From an uncultured Candidatus Saccharibacteria bacterium (GTDB lineage Bacteria; Patescibacteriota; Minisyncoccia; Phycocordibacterales; CAIZLB01): a DNA stretch of 64,000 nucleotides. The translations under genes were made by a program, and so were the position numbers. Under the pieces are notes generated by a model. That model searched no databases. It saw only the letters and a list, made by a program, of their open reading frames with translations, and was not told the DNA's origin. The stretch's first letter is position 1, and each line of letters opens with the position of its first letter. Location: positions 5,647 through 69,646 of the forward strand of contig CAZUJN010000003.1 in the NCBI GenBank assembly GCA_964620475.1. The letters are read 5' to 3'. Below, one piece after another: positions 38,250 through 49,287 of this stretch.

Positions 38250-38951
38250 ATGAGAACAGAAACAAAAATAATCACAGCCATATTAGCATTTACAGCCATA
38301 GTCATATTTGGTGGTATATTAGTAGTTAAAAATAACTTTGCTAATCAAAATCAACCTAAAGATTATTCAAAATACATAGAAACAGGGCTAAATTTAGATA
38401 AAACTAAAATAGCTAGAGAATATAACCCTAAAATAACAGGATCTGGAAAAACTACAGCAACTACAACAATACATATAACCGAATTTTTAGATTATGAATG
38501 TCCAGCATGTGCTACAAATGGAGAAATAATCACAAAGGCTTTACTCGCAACATATGGTCCTAATATAACAATCACAAGAAAGATATTCCCTGTTCACGGT
38601 CAAGCATCTATAGATGTAGCTTCTCTAGTACTAGCATCTCAAGTTCTTGGAGGTGAAGCGTATCAAAAAATCCATACAAAAGTATATGAAGAATTCAATA
38701 ATTGGTCTATACTTGGCAAAAAAGATAAAGATGAATATTTGAAAAAACTAATCACAGGCCTAGGATATGATTATGAAAAAATATTGACTGAAAGTAAAAA
38801 TGAAAAGTATATAAAACAAATAGAACAAGATAAACAAGATGCAGTAGATCTGGGTATAAAAGCCACACCGTCATTTGTTATAGAAAATCACACACGTATC
38901 ACAGGAGGCCTACCTCTAGAAGAAATATCAAAATACATTGACGCTAAATAG
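38250..38951 (+). CDS. Thiol:disulfide oxidoreductase DsbA/BdbD family
   Basis: N-terminal TM anchor; thioredoxin fold with CPAC active site. Confidence 0.75.
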   Translation: MRTETKIITAILAFTAIVIFGGILVVKNNFANQNQPKDYSKYIETGLNLDKTKIAREYNPKITGSGKTTATTTIHITEFLDYECPACATNGEIITKALLATYGPNITITRKIFPVHGQASIDVASLVLASQVLGGEAYQKIHTKVYEEFNNWSILGKKDKDEYLKKLITGLGYDYEKILTESKNEKYIKQIEQDKQDAVDLGIKATPSFVIENHTRITGGLPLEEISKYIDAK

Positions 38952-38973
38952 TATTATCGGTTATTATTGATTC

Positions 38974-39216
38974 ATGGACATTGATAAAAACCAGACGCTC
39001 ATTAGGAGAGGTCGGTTGTTTATCTTTACAACCAAACCTCACGGATGGGAGGATTACAGATTCTGGACAGATACAGGCCAAGAGCCTTCCTATCTTCCGG
39101 TTAGACTACCAAAGATCCCACCACCGAAACCAAAAATCAAAATCTATCCTCCTGATGACCCAATGGAAAGCATTGGTTATCAGCCCAGGAGACGATCACA
39201 TGGGTCAGAAGATTAA
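38974..39216 (+). CDS. Ambiguous GC-richer unit: Pro-rich 80-aa ORF (or the overlapping 88-aa frame), possibly noncoding
   Basis: Two overlapping frames are both open and no SD is visible. The unit ends with the terminator GGCCCGuaaaaCGGGCC plus T-run at 39239-39266. Confidence 0.2.
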   Translation: MDIDKNQTLIRRGRLFIFTTKPHGWEDYRFWTDTGQEPSYLPVRLPKIPPPKPKIKIYPPDDPMESIGYQPRRRSHGSED

Positions 39217-39291
39217 GTTCGATGACTACATCAATTTGGCCCCGTAAAACGGGCCATTTTCTTTTGGATAAATTAATTGTAAAATTAACAT

Positions 39292-39654
39292 ATGAATGAA
39301 AAATTTTTTGAAAGTTCAGGTGATGAACCAGATTATTATCCACCAGACCATAGAGGTCGAAAACATTTTATTAGTGGTGACAAACTACCCCAGATAGATC
39401 CAGAATCCATAAAATCATCTCCAGAACAAAAAGAAGTGTATGAATCATGGCTCAAAGATACCAAAGAAAAACTTGGTCAAATAGGAGATGAAAAATCTTT
39501 AGAACAAAAACAAAGAGAGTCCAGAGAAAGGAGTCAGCGTTTGGCTTTGATTAGAGGTATCGTTGATTTAAGTAAAAAATACGATACCAAACCACCTTCC
39601 CAAGAATCAAAACCATTAAGCCCTAGAGAAAGAGGCGAGTTACCTGATTGGTAA
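39292..39654 (+). CDS. Hypothetical acidic/charged protein
   Basis: 120-aa ORF followed by the terminator AAAATCCCCttatGGGGAATTTTTT. Confidence 0.5.
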   Translation: MNEKFFESSGDEPDYYPPDHRGRKHFISGDKLPQIDPESIKSSPEQKEVYESWLKDTKEKLGQIGDEKSLEQKQRESRERSQRLALIRGIVDLSKKYDTKPPSQESKPLSPRERGELPDW

Positions 39655-39680
39655 AACAAAATCCCCTTATGGGGAATTTT

Positions 39681-39902
39681 TTATTTACTATTTTTAATGG
39701 CATTAAATATTGCCACTAAATCTTGCCAAACCAATATCAGCATTTCTTTTACATAAGATATAAATTCCTGAACCCATTGTTTAGCTAAAATAGCATTTAT
39801 ATCTATATCCAAAAACTTTAATAATATAAGAGCGACCAAAATAATCACAATCAACTCAAGAAATCCTTTTTGTTTATTTTGTTGTAATCTATTTCTCATC
39901 AT
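39681..39902 (-). CDS. Small membrane protein
   Basis: 73 aa, one TM; overlaps the asnB start. Confidence 0.35.
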   Translation of the reverse strand: MMRNRLQQNKQKGFLELIVIILVALILLKFLDIDINAILAKQWVQEFISYVKEMLILVWQDLVAIFNAIKNSK

Positions 39903-41784
39903 TTATAAAAGTATTATACCATAGAGACAACATTAATAAAGTAAATATTCTTCTGCCTATAAATTTATCTTTTAAATTATTCTTGTTAAATAATTTTTCA
40001 ACATATTTTATATTACAAATATCATTTATGAGCTTATTTTCCAACACTATTTTACGAACATGATCAGAATCTTTTTGTAACCATATATGCCATGGGGTTG
40101 GAAAACCAAGTTTTGGTCTATCTTTTGTTTTCTTAGGAATATCTTGCGAAAATGCATCACGTAATATTTTTTTAGTTATACCATTTTCATATTTCCATTC
40201 ATCTTTTAATCCAATAGCAACCTTAGAAACCTCTATATCAAGAAAAGGCACACGAAGCTCTAGTGAATTGGCCATTGTCATCTTATCTGCTTTTTGTAAT
40301 ATATCTCCCCTCATCCAATTATGTATATCTACGAATTGCATATACTCAGATTCTGTCAATTTTGATAAATCCTGATCTTGTAAGTCTAATTTCTTTGTCA
40401 AGTCTTGACTTTGATAGTCTTTAAATAAAAGCTTCTTCTCCTTCTCTTTAAAAAGATTAGCATTACCTATATATCTATCTTGTACGGGGGTTAGAGCACG
40501 ATTCAAAAATGACACACCAGGAAAATTTTCTAAAAATGGAAATAATTTTACCTTAAAGTTCACTATAGCAAGCATAGGTCTTAAAAAATATTTTTTAAAC
40601 CACTCTGGCTGTGTAGATATAAGTTGTATATAACGATTATGAGGTTCTTCATAAATACCGTATCCACCAAACAATTCATCAGCTCCTTCTCCTGACATAA
40701 CAACTTTAACCTCTTTAGCAACTTCACGAGATAAAAGATATAAAGATATAGCTGAAGGATCTGCCACAGGTTCATCTAGATGCCAAACACATTTTTTTAA
40801 CGATTCAAAATAATCATCAAAAGTAACAATAATCTCTTTATGATCTGTTTTTAGAAAATCAGCATATTCTTTTACATCTTCTATCTCTGATTTTATATCT
40901 TTAAAACCTATAGTAAAAGTTTTCAAGTTCAGAGATTGATTTTTCATCTCTTGTTGTGCCAATAAGGCTATAATAGATGAATCAACTCCTGATGATAAAA
41001 AAGAAGCTACAGGCACATCTGCTATCATATGATGTTTTACAGAATCAATCAAAACATCTTTGATATCTAATCTGGTTTTTTCATAATCAGTATTCCTATC
41101 CGGTAAAAAATTCCATTGCCAATATTTAACTATATTGTATTTAGATGTATTTAAATCTATTTCTAAATAATGCCCGGGAGATAATTTGAAAATATTTTTA
41201 AAAAATGTTTCTTGGTTTGGATTATATTGAAAAGAAACATAATCATATATATATGATTTATTAATTTCTCTTTTTATATTCTGGTCTTCAAGTATGGATT
41301 TTATTTCTGAAGCAAAAGAAGTTATCTTTCCATTATCTAAATGATAATAAAGTGGTTTGATACCAAAGTTATCACGAACTATAAAAAGTCTGTCTGATTT
41401 TTTATCATATATAGAAAATGCAAACATACCGCGAAGTCTTTGTGGTAAAGATACCCCCCACTCTTCATATCCATGAACTAAAACCTCTGTATCACTATGG
41501 GTTTTAAAAATATGACCCTTATGCTCTAATTCAGCACGAAGCTCGAGATGATTATATATTTCACCATTAAAAACAACTGTAACAATGTCGTCTTCATTTG
41601 ATATAGGCTGCTTGCCTGCAGCTATATCAATGATGGATAAACGCCTCATACCCATAGAGAAAGTCTCAGCATAGAATGTGCCATCATCATCTGGTCCTCG
41701 ATGAGTGATGATGTCTAAAGATCTCTTTAAAAGCCCTTTATCTTGAGAGTTTTGATAATTTATAAAGCCAGATATTCCACACAT
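39889..41784 (-). CDS. asnB: Asparagine synthetase (glutamine-hydrolysing)
   Basis: N-terminal MCGISG nucleophile; SGGVDSS PP-loop. Confidence 0.9.
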   Translation of the reverse strand: MCGISGFINYQNSQDKGLLKRSLDIITHRGPDDDGTFYAETFSMGMRRLSIIDIAAGKQPISNEDDIVTVVFNGEIYNHLELRAELEHKGHIFKTHSDTEVLVHGYEEWGVSLPQRLRGMFAFSIYDKKSDRLFIVRDNFGIKPLYYHLDNGKITSFASEIKSILEDQNIKREINKSYIYDYVSFQYNPNQETFFKNIFKLSPGHYLEIDLNTSKYNIVKYWQWNFLPDRNTDYEKTRLDIKDVLIDSVKHHMIADVPVASFLSSGVDSSIIALLAQQEMKNQSLNLKTFTIGFKDIKSEIEDVKEYADFLKTDHKEIIVTFDDYFESLKKCVWHLDEPVADPSAISLYLLSREVAKEVKVVMSGEGADELFGGYGIYEEPHNRYIQLISTQPEWFKKYFLRPMLAIVNFKVKLFPFLENFPGVSFLNRALTPVQDRYIGNANLFKEKEKKLLFKDYQSQDLTKKLDLQDQDLSKLTESEYMQFVDIHNWMRGDILQKADKMTMANSLELRVPFLDIEVSKVAIGLKDEWKYENGITKKILRDAFSQDIPKKTKDRPKLGFPTPWHIWLQKDSDHVRKIVLENKLINDICNIKYVEKLFNKNNLKDKFIGRRIFTLLMLSLWYNTFINDEK

Positions 41785-41850
41785 ATGAGGTATATAATAA
41801 CAAAAAAACCGAGATTTATCATCTCGATTTTTTGTATGTGATATTTAAAT

Positions 41851-43743
41851 TTATTCTTTCACTTCCGCATCCTTTATATCACCCTCAGGTGCTTGACCTC
41901 CCTCTTGACTTGGACCAGCTTCCGGACCGGGTTGTGCAGCCCCTGATTTTGCTATCTCATCATGAACTTTTCCAAGTTCTGTAGACAAAGCATCTGTATC
42001 TGTTTTTATAGCCTCCAAATCATCTTTATCTTTTGTAAGTCGGAGTGCACCTATCTTAGTTTCAACCGAAGCAACAAGTTCAGCTGATAATTTATCTTTA
42101 TTTTCTCTTATAGTTTTTTCTGCTGTATATATAGCTTGATCAGCAGTATTTCTAGCATCTATAATCTCTTTTTTCTTTTTATCGTCAGCATCATGCATCT
42201 CGGCATCCTTTTTCATACGCTCTATATCATCTTGTGAAAGACCTGTATTTGCCTCTATACGTATAGTTTGTTCTTTACCTGAAGCTTTATCTTTGGCCTT
42301 AACGTTTAAGATACCGTTGGCATCTATATCGAAAGTAACTTCTACTTGTGGTATACCACGTGGCGCAGGTGGAATACCATCTAATATAAATCTTCCCAGA
42401 GACTTGTTATCCGCAGCCATAGCTCTTTCACCTTGAACTATATGTATCTCTACAGAAGTTTGATTGTCAGCTGCTGTTGAGAATACTTGCGAACGTGATG
42501 TTGGTATAGTTGTATTTTTCTCTACTAGATGTGTAGCAACACCTCCCATAGTTTCTATACCAAGTGAAAGTGGTATAACATCAAGAAGAAGTATATCTTT
42601 AACATCACCTGCCAATATACCACCTTGTACTGCAGCACCTAGGGCCACAACTTCATCTGGGTTTATTGATTGATTTGGTTCACGACCAAAAAGTTCTTTT
42701 ACAACTTCTTTGATCTTTGGCATACGAGTTTGACCACCTACTAGTATAACCTCTTGTATATCAGCTATCTTAAACGGTGACGCTTCTATAGCTCTTTTTG
42801 TTATCTGTATAGCTCTTGTGATAAACTCATCTGCAAGTTCTTCAAGTTTTGCACGAGTCATTTTCAAAACAAGATGTTTTGGACCTGTTGCATCTGAAGT
42901 TATGAAAGGAATATTTATCTCTGTTTCAACAGCTGATGAAAGCTCTATCTTTGCTTTTTCTGCTGCCTCATCAAGCCTTTGTAATGCTAGAGGGTCATTT
43001 CTAACATCTATACCTGATTCTTTTTTGAATTCATCGGCAATCCAGTGAATAATCTTTTGATCTATATCTTTTCCTCCAAGGTGAGCATCTCCATCTGTTG
43101 ATTTTACTTCAACTATATCTGCACCGACTTCAAGTATAGAGATATCAAAGGTACCACCACCAAAATCGAATACCGCTATCTTCTCATCTGCTTTTTTGTT
43201 GAATCCATATGCAAGAGCAGCAGCTGTTGGTTCATTGATAATACGTTTTACATCAAGACCCGCTATACGACCTGCATCTTTTGTAGCCTGTCTTTGTGCA
43301 TCATTGAAATATGCAGGAACTGTAATAACAGCCTCTGTTATCTTCTCACCTATACGAGCTTCGGCATCATTTTTCAGTTTTGTAAGTATCATAGCCGATA
43401 TTTCTTCAGGTGTATAAACCTTATCAGCCATAGTTATACCAACTCCACCATTTTCAGTTTTTGAAATAGCAAAAGGCACAGAATCTTTATCTTTTTGTAC
43501 TGCATTTTCGTCAAATGAGTGACCGATAAATCTTTTTATACCGAAAACAGTGTTCTTTGGATTTGTAACACCTTGTCTTTTTGCAAGCAAACCAACCAAT
43601 CTTTCATTTGTCTTAGATATAGCAACTATAGAAGGGGTTGTACGTGCGCCTTCTGCATTTTCTAAAATCTTTGGCTCACCTACTTCCATAATAGCTATAG
43701 CTGAGTTTGTTGTTCCTAAATCGATTCCTAATATTTTTGCCAT
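41851..43743 (-). CDS. dnaK: Chaperone DnaK (Hsp70)
   Basis: [18 protein letters not shown], and other Hsp70 signatures. Confidence 0.95.
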   Translation of the reverse strand: MAKILGIDLGTTNSAIAIMEVGEPKILENAEGARTTPSIVAISKTNERLVGLLAKRQGVTNPKNTVFGIKRFIGHSFDENAVQKDKDSVPFAISKTENGGVGITMADKVYTPEEISAMILTKLKNDAEARIGEKITEAVITVPAYFNDAQRQATKDAGRIAGLDVKRIINEPTAAALAYGFNKKADEKIAVFDFGGGTFDISILEVGADIVEVKSTDGDAHLGGKDIDQKIIHWIADEFKKESGIDVRNDPLALQRLDEAAEKAKIELSSAVETEINIPFITSDATGPKHLVLKMTRAKLEELADEFITRAIQITKRAIEASPFKIADIQEVILVGGQTRMPKIKEVVKELFGREPNQSINPDEVVALGAAVQGGILAGDVKDILLLDVIPLSLGIETMGGVATHLVEKNTTIPTSRSQVFSTAADNQTSVEIHIVQGERAMAADNKSLGRFILDGIPPAPRGIPQVEVTFDIDANGILNVKAKDKASGKEQTIRIEANTGLSQDDIERMKKDAEMHDADDKKKKEIIDARNTADQAIYTAEKTIRENKDKLSAELVASVETKIGALRLTKDKDDLEAIKTDTDALSTELGKVHDEIAKSGAAQPGPEAGPSQEGGQAPEGDIKDAEVKE

Positions 43744-43822
43744 ATTGTTATTATTTTATATTATTTTTTAAATAAATTATTTATATATTTTTATTATACA
43801 GGGGTTGTCAAGTCCTATAAAA

Positions 43823-44425
43823 TTATTCAAAATGATATACCTTTACCAAGGCCGCCCTTATAACCTTATCATGCATCTTATAACCTTTTTGCATCACAAT
43901 AGCCACCTTGTGATCTTTATCTTTTTCGGTAGTTATCTCTTGTCCCAAGGCTTCATATATATTTGGGTCAAAATCATCTCCTTGAGCCCCATAAGCCTCT
44001 ACACCGGCTTTTTGTAACGCTCCGTATACTTTGTCTATAATAGCCTCTATACCCTTTCTCCAGGCCTCATCTACCCCCAACCATGATGGTTGTTGTTTGG
44101 CTTGTTCATAACCATCTATTATTGGTAATAAATCATTTATAAGAACTTGATTAGCAAACTTTATTACATCAGCCTTTGTTTCCTCGTCACGACGTCTAGC
44201 GTTTATAAATTCAGCTTTATCTTTTTGCCAATTTGTAAGCAAATCAGTCTTATCTTTTTTAAGTTGTTTGATCTCATCTTTAAGCTTTTTTATGTATGCT
44301 TTTGGGTTTTCTGTTTCTTCTTCGGAAACTATATCATCATCTAAAATCACCTCTTCATTTTCTATATCTTTATTCAAATCCTCTTCTAAATCTATTGTTA
44401 CATCATCATTATTATCGTTGTTCAT
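43823..44425 (-). CDS. grpE: Nucleotide exchange factor GrpE
   Basis: Acidic N-terminus, coiled coil, C-terminal GYKMHDKVIRAALV. Confidence 0.85.
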   Translation of the reverse strand: MNNDNNDDVTIDLEEDLNKDIENEEVILDDDIVSEEETENPKAYIKKLKDEIKQLKKDKTDLLTNWQKDKAEFINARRRDEETKADVIKFANQVLINDLLPIIDGYEQAKQQPSWLGVDEAWRKGIEAIIDKVYGALQKAGVEAYGAQGDDFDPNIYEALGQEITTEKDKDHKVAIVMQKGYKMHDKVIRAALVKVYHFE

Positions 44426-44497
44426 AGGCCTTATTATATACGTAAAAAAGAAAAAATACATTGTCGAATGTATTTTTTTCTTGTGTAATTGTATGAA

Positions 44498-44905
44498 TTA
44501 ACGCTTTGACCATTGTTTACTCTTACGAGCTTTCTTAAGACCGAATTTACGTCTTTCTTTAGCACGACCATCACGAGTTAGAAATCCTTCTTTTTTCAAA
44601 GCTGTGTGAAGTTCTTGATCAAAAACTTCTAGGGCACGAGCAAGACCTAATCTTATAGCTTCTGCTTGACCATTTATACCACCACCTGATACTTTAACTG
44701 TTATTTCAAAAGATTTATCTGGTGCTGTTTTTACAAGAGATTCTATAGATGTATCTTGTAATTCTTTTGTTTTAAAATAATCTGTATGTGGTTTTTCATT
44801 TACTACAACAGAGTTTTTTGAAGCTGGTGTTATACGTACACGAGCTGAAGATGTTTTTCTTCTTCCTACTGCTTCATAATATTTTGATGTTGATTTTGTT
44901 GCCAT
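44498..44905 (-). CDS. rpsI: 30S ribosomal protein S9
   Basis: C-terminal ...RRKFGLKKARKSKQWSKR. Confidence 0.9.
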   Translation of the reverse strand: MATKSTSKYYEAVGRRKTSSARVRITPASKNSVVVNEKPHTDYFKTKELQDTSIESLVKTAPDKSFEITVKVSGGGINGQAEAIRLGLARALEVFDQELHTALKKEGFLTRDGRAKERRKFGLKKARKSKQWSKR

Positions 44906-44919
44906 ATAATATTTTTATC

Positions 44920-45264
44920 TTATTTCTTTATTTCTATATTTAAAAGCATTCTATCTCTAAGTTTGTTCTTTGGTAACATTCTTGAAACGGCTCTTTTGAT
45001 TATTTCTTCAGGACCTTTTCTCATCAATAGACGACCTAAAAATTCTTTCTTTTGACCACCTGGAAAACCTGAATAATTTAGATAATATTTTTGATCTTTC
45101 TTTTTATCTTCTATATCCATTTGATCTGCATTTTCAACCACAACTGTAACATCAGCTACTGTATTTTTTGCAAAATTAACTGAATTTTTACCCATAAGAA
45201 CAATAGCTATTTCTGAAGCTAATTTTCCTAATCTTTTATTTTTTGCGTCTATTGTATGTTTCAT
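44920..45264 (-). CDS. rplM: 50S ribosomal protein L13
   Basis: Position upstream of rpsI and an L13-like N-terminus. Confidence 0.8.
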   Translation of the reverse strand: MKHTIDAKNKRLGKLASEIAIVLMGKNSVNFAKNTVADVTVVVENADQMDIEDKKKDQKYYLNYSGFPGGQKKEFLGRLLMRKGPEEIIKRAVSRMLPKNKLRDRMLLNIEIKK

Positions 45265-45286
45265 CTGTTTATTATTATTTTGTAAA

Positions 45287-45637
45287 TTATACTAATTCTA
45301 TTATTGCCATTTCAGCACCATCTGTTTGTCTTGGTCCTACTTTAACTATTCTTGTGTATCCACCGTTTCTATCCATGTATTTTGGAGCTATTTCAGCAAA
45401 TAATTTACCAACTATTTCATTGTTACCCATTCTTCTTGATACATCACGTCTTGAGGCCACAGAATCAACTCTAGCTTTAGTTATAAAATCTTCTGCATAT
45501 GGTCTAGCTTCTTTAGCTTTTGCTAAAGTTGTTTGTATTTTACCATGTAAAAATAACTCTCTTACCAAAGATCTTAGTAATGCTCTTCTCTGATTTCTAC
45601 TTCTACTAAATTTTCTGTTTGCGTTGTGATGTCTCAT
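45287..45637 (-). CDS. rplQ: 50S ribosomal protein L17
   Basis: MRHHNANRKFSRSRNQRRALLRSL... Confidence 0.9.
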   Translation of the reverse strand: MRHHNANRKFSRSRNQRRALLRSLVRELFLHGKIQTTLAKAKEARPYAEDFITKARVDSVASRRDVSRRMGNNEIVGKLFAEIAPKYMDRNGGYTRIVKVGPRQTDGAEMAIIELV

Positions 45638-45678
45638 AGTTTTGTAAATATAACTTAAAAATTGTTAAAAATCAAGGC

Positions 45679-46653
45679 TTATTCTTTTATTGATAAATCA
45701 AATTTTGCTAATATCTCTTTTAATTCATCAAGGCCTTTTTTGCCCATACCGTCTATATCGAGTAAATCTTTTTCTTTCTTTCTTATAAGACCCCCAATAG
45801 TTCTGATATTTGCTTCAATCAAAGCATTAATAGTTCTTTGACTAATATCCAATGATTCTATACGAGTCTTTAGAACATCATCCATAACATCTTTATCAAG
45901 TTTATTATCTGATGAATCCTTAACCTCTTCTTTAACTAATTCTACCTCTTTAACTTCTTCCACATCTTGAAAATCGATGATAGCTTTAAGTTGATGTATC
46001 ATTATCTCTATTGATTTCTCTAATGCTTCTTTTGGAGTTATAGAACCATCTGTTTCTATATTTAGAACAAGTCTATTAAAATCTGTTCTGTCGCCAACAC
46101 GCATTTGTTCAACATCATAAGATACATTAACTATTGGTGAGAATGAAGCATCTAAAGCTATAGTCTCAACAGGCACTCTCTCTTTTTGTAATACCTCACG
46201 AGATACATATCCTATACCGTTTGATACTGTTATTTCCATCTGTAGAACAGCATCTGATTCTGTGATGGTCGCTATATGTTGATCAGGAGTAAGTATTTCA
46301 ACTTGACCAGCAACATCTATATCAGACGCTACAACATCACCAACACCCTTTTTCTTCAAAGTTAATACAACTTCATCACCAGAAAGTATATTAAACTTAA
46401 TTTTTTTCAAGTTTAATATCATAGATATAACATCTTCTTTTACACCTTTGATAGTTGAGAATTCGTGTGGTATACCAGCTATTTTAATAGATGTTATAGC
46501 AGCACCAGGAAGTGAAGATAATATTATACGTCTAAGTGAGTTACCAAGTGTATGTCCATAACCTGGATACAAACCACCTATTTCATAACTACCTTTATTA
46601 CCAGATTCTTTAATAATTTTTGGTTTTGACGGTGAGACTATTGATGTGTTCAT
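45679..46653 (-). CDS. rpoA: DNA-directed RNA polymerase alpha subunit
   Basis: NTD and CTD patterns; conserved position in the cluster. Confidence 0.9.
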   Translation of the reverse strand: MNTSIVSPSKPKIIKESGNKGSYEIGGLYPGYGHTLGNSLRRIILSSLPGAAITSIKIAGIPHEFSTIKGVKEDVISMILNLKKIKFNILSGDEVVLTLKKKGVGDVVASDIDVAGQVEILTPDQHIATITESDAVLQMEITVSNGIGYVSREVLQKERVPVETIALDASFSPIVNVSYDVEQMRVGDRTDFNRLVLNIETDGSITPKEALEKSIEIMIHQLKAIIDFQDVEEVKEVELVKEEVKDSSDNKLDKDVMDDVLKTRIESLDISQRTINALIEANIRTIGGLIRKKEKDLLDIDGMGKKGLDELKEILAKFDLSIKE

Positions 46654-46689
46654 ATTTTTTATTTTATATTTGTTAATAATTAATAATGA

Positions 46690-47298
46690 CTATCTCTTAG
46701 CGAACTCTATCACTTGACCCAAATCAAATAATACTTCTTGACCTTCTAATGTAGGGAATTTCACCATTTTTCCACTCATTTTATCTAAATCAAATGATAG
46801 CCAATTTGGCGCTGTGTAGTTTTTGTGTATATCAGCCAAATCTTTAAAAGCTTTTGTATTTTTACTTCCTTCACGAACAGATATAACATCTCCCTCTTTA
46901 ACAATAGTTGATGGTATTGTGTTTTTAACTCCATTTAAAGTTATATGACCATGAGAAACTAATTGTCTAGCAAATCTTCTAGTATTAGCTAAACCTAGTC
47001 TGTACACAACATTATCTAATCTTGTTTCTAGTTTTTTATATAATTCTTCTGAACCATGAACTGTTTTAGAATCAATAACTTCTTTAATATATTTACCAAA
47101 TTGCTTTGCGGTTATACCATATGTAAATCTAGCTTTTTGTTTTTCTATAAGCTGAAGACCGTATGAACTTCTATTTTTTGAACCTTTTTTGTTTTTAGAA
47201 CTAGCCTCCATTTTTACTCTAAACTTTTGTGTTTGAGTTTTTTCAAACACAGGAGCTCCTAGTCTTTTAGCTATTTTAAATTTTGGACCGATTTTCAT
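46690..47298 (-). CDS. rpsD: 30S ribosomal protein S4
   Basis: MKIGPKFKIAKRLGAPVFEK... Confidence 0.9.
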   Translation of the reverse strand: MKIGPKFKIAKRLGAPVFEKTQTQKFRVKMEASSKNKKGSKNRSSYGLQLIEKQKARFTYGITAKQFGKYIKEVIDSKTVHGSEELYKKLETRLDNVVYRLGLANTRRFARQLVSHGHITLNGVKNTIPSTIVKEGDVISVREGSKNTKAFKDLADIHKNYTAPNWLSFDLDKMSGKMVKFPTLEGQEVLFDLGQVIEFAKR

Positions 47299-47342
47299 AT
47301 TTTTAAAATTATTTCTATTATTGAATTATTGATTATTAAATA

Positions 47343-47756
47343 TTATATTCTTCTTGGCTTCTTAGGCTTTGGACCATTATGAGGTACTGGGGTTCTATCC
47401 TTAATACTATCTATAGATATACCTTTTGAAATAAAAGATCTTACAACTGACTCACGACCTGATCCAGTTCCTTTTATTACAACACCTATCTCTTTCACAC
47501 CCATAAGTATAGCTTTATCGGCTAATACTTCACCGATCTTTGCGGCTGCGAAAGGTGTACCTTTCTTAGCACCATTAAAACCTAATGATCCTGATGATGA
47601 AGATGCTACAGGATTACCTTTTTCATCTGTTAGAACAGCTTTTGTGTTGTTGTATGTTGATTGAATATTTAAAATAGCAAATGCCATTTTTTTCTTACTC
47701 AATTTATTTGAAGACTTAGAATCTTTTGCTGATTTTTTGATTGTTTGTTTTGCCAT
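47343..47756 (-). CDS. rpsK: 30S ribosomal protein S11
   Basis: C-terminal PHNGPKPKKPRRI. Confidence 0.9.
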   Translation of the reverse strand: MAKQTIKKSAKDSKSSNKLSKKKMAFAILNIQSTYNNTKAVLTDEKGNPVASSSSGSLGFNGAKKGTPFAAAKIGEVLADKAILMGVKEIGVVIKGTGSGRESVVRSFISKGISIDSIKDRTPVPHNGPKPKKPRRI

Positions 47757-47775
47757 AATATTATAATTTTAAATT

Positions 47776-48153
47776 TTATTTCTTACTATCTTTTTTCTTA
47801 CCAGAACCCATAGTCTTTTTAACACCCTTTAGAGTACGAGCGTTTGTTTTTGTTCTTTGACCACGAACAGGTAATTTTCTAGCATGTCTAACACCACGAT
47901 AAGCTTTAATATCTTTTAATCTTTTAATATTTGTTCCTATCTCTCTTTTAAGATCGGCCTCAAGTTTAAAGGCTTCAACCTCTGTACGAATTTTATTTTC
48001 TTCATCAGCTGTTAAATCTTTTGGCTTTACACCGTAGTCAATACCAGCCTTATCTAGGATAAGATGAGCTCTTGATCTACCTATACCATAAATGGCTGTT
48101 AAGGCCATTTCTATTCTTTGATTATCATTAAGATTGATACCTAATATACGCAT
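47776..48153 (-). CDS. rpsM: 30S ribosomal protein S13
   Basis: MRILGINLNDNQRIEMALTAIYGIG... Confidence 0.9.
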   Translation of the reverse strand: MRILGINLNDNQRIEMALTAIYGIGRSRAHLILDKAGIDYGVKPKDLTADEENKIRTEVEAFKLEADLKREIGTNIKRLKDIKAYRGVRHARKLPVRGQRTKTNARTLKGVKKTMGSGKKKDSKK

Positions 48154-48234
48154 GAAATTTGTTTGAAATGTGTGATTTTTATTAATTAATTATTAGTAAG
48201 AAAAGCATAGCATAAAACCCCTTGATAATCAAGT

Positions 48235-49287
48235 TTATTTTTGCTCTATTACATGATACTTGCCAGAAGAATCCTTTTTAAAGGCATTTGAGTTTTGTAA
48301 ATTAACTAATATAGTATTTTCTTTTACATATCTCTCCTTCATAACTTTATCAAATATCTCTTCTCTGGTCATAGGGCCGTATTTATTTAAAACCTTTATT
48401 ATAACGTCTTTTACTACCCCTGAAACATAGCCCCACTCTGCTAAAGCATATAGACCACGTCCAACCAATACAAAACGATCATCTTTTATAAGCTCATTAT
48501 GTGTTGTAGCTTCATGAGCTCTTTTACCAAATACGTTTTGTATAAGTTTGGCTATTTCTTTAAAGTGTACAGGTGATCCATGCTTTCTCATGGCTAGATA
48601 TGCATAATCTCTAATACCCTTAACCTTAACATTGGTTGATGCTGCTTTACCCCACTCTCCTAATGGGTTTTTATCTATATGTTTAGATATACGCAACCAT
48701 CTCTTTGATATCTCCTCATTTTTAAGCTCTTCTGACACATCCTTTATATTATCCATAAAAGCTTTTATCATCTCATTCTCAGGTATCAATGAATTATCAT
48801 CAAGATTTGAATAAAGCTTTCTTAAGGCTTCATGTATCTTTTTTGATAAATCATTATCCACATGCCATCTATGATGAAATTCATCAGTTTCTTTCTCTTT
48901 TTTAAATTGATCGCCTATAATCAATAAAAAGTGAAAATGATTTTGTGTAGATTTATCGCGTGACAAATGACTTAATAGGTCATGTTCGGCCACAATACCT
49001 CCAAGTTTTTTTACATATAGAGCAAGCTCTTCAAAAACATGAGCCTCCTCTTTAAAAGCTTGTGACTTTCTAATAGTTATAACTGAGTTAGCCTCTATCT
49101 GTCTAACTCTTTCTCTTGTTATATCATAGGTCTCACCAATAGCTTCAAGTGTCATCTTTTCTGTATTTCTATCCAATCCGAAACGATGAGCTAAGATAAC
49201 TCTTGAGCGCTCAGGTATAGCACCTAATAATTTTTTTGTAACATTCTTCACCTTAAATGAGAATGTTGGGGTTGAAGTATTAGCCAT
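48235..49287 (-). CDS. Sigma-70 region 4-like HTH domain protein (350 aa) inserted in the ribosomal cluster
   Basis: N-terminal ILAHRFGLDRNTEKMTLEAIGETYDITRERVRQIEANSV equals the sigma region 4.2 HTH; the remainder is unknown. Confidence 0.5.
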   Translation of the reverse strand: MANTSTPTFSFKVKNVTKKLLGAIPERSRVILAHRFGLDRNTEKMTLEAIGETYDITRERVRQIEANSVITIRKSQAFKEEAHVFEELALYVKKLGGIVAEHDLLSHLSRDKSTQNHFHFLLIIGDQFKKEKETDEFHHRWHVDNDLSKKIHEALRKLYSNLDDNSLIPENEMIKAFMDNIKDVSEELKNEEISKRWLRISKHIDKNPLGEWGKAASTNVKVKGIRDYAYLAMRKHGSPVHFKEIAKLIQNVFGKRAHEATTHNELIKDDRFVLVGRGLYALAEWGYVSGVVKDVIIKVLNKYGPMTREEIFDKVMKERYVKENTILVNLQNSNAFKKDSSGKYHVIEQK

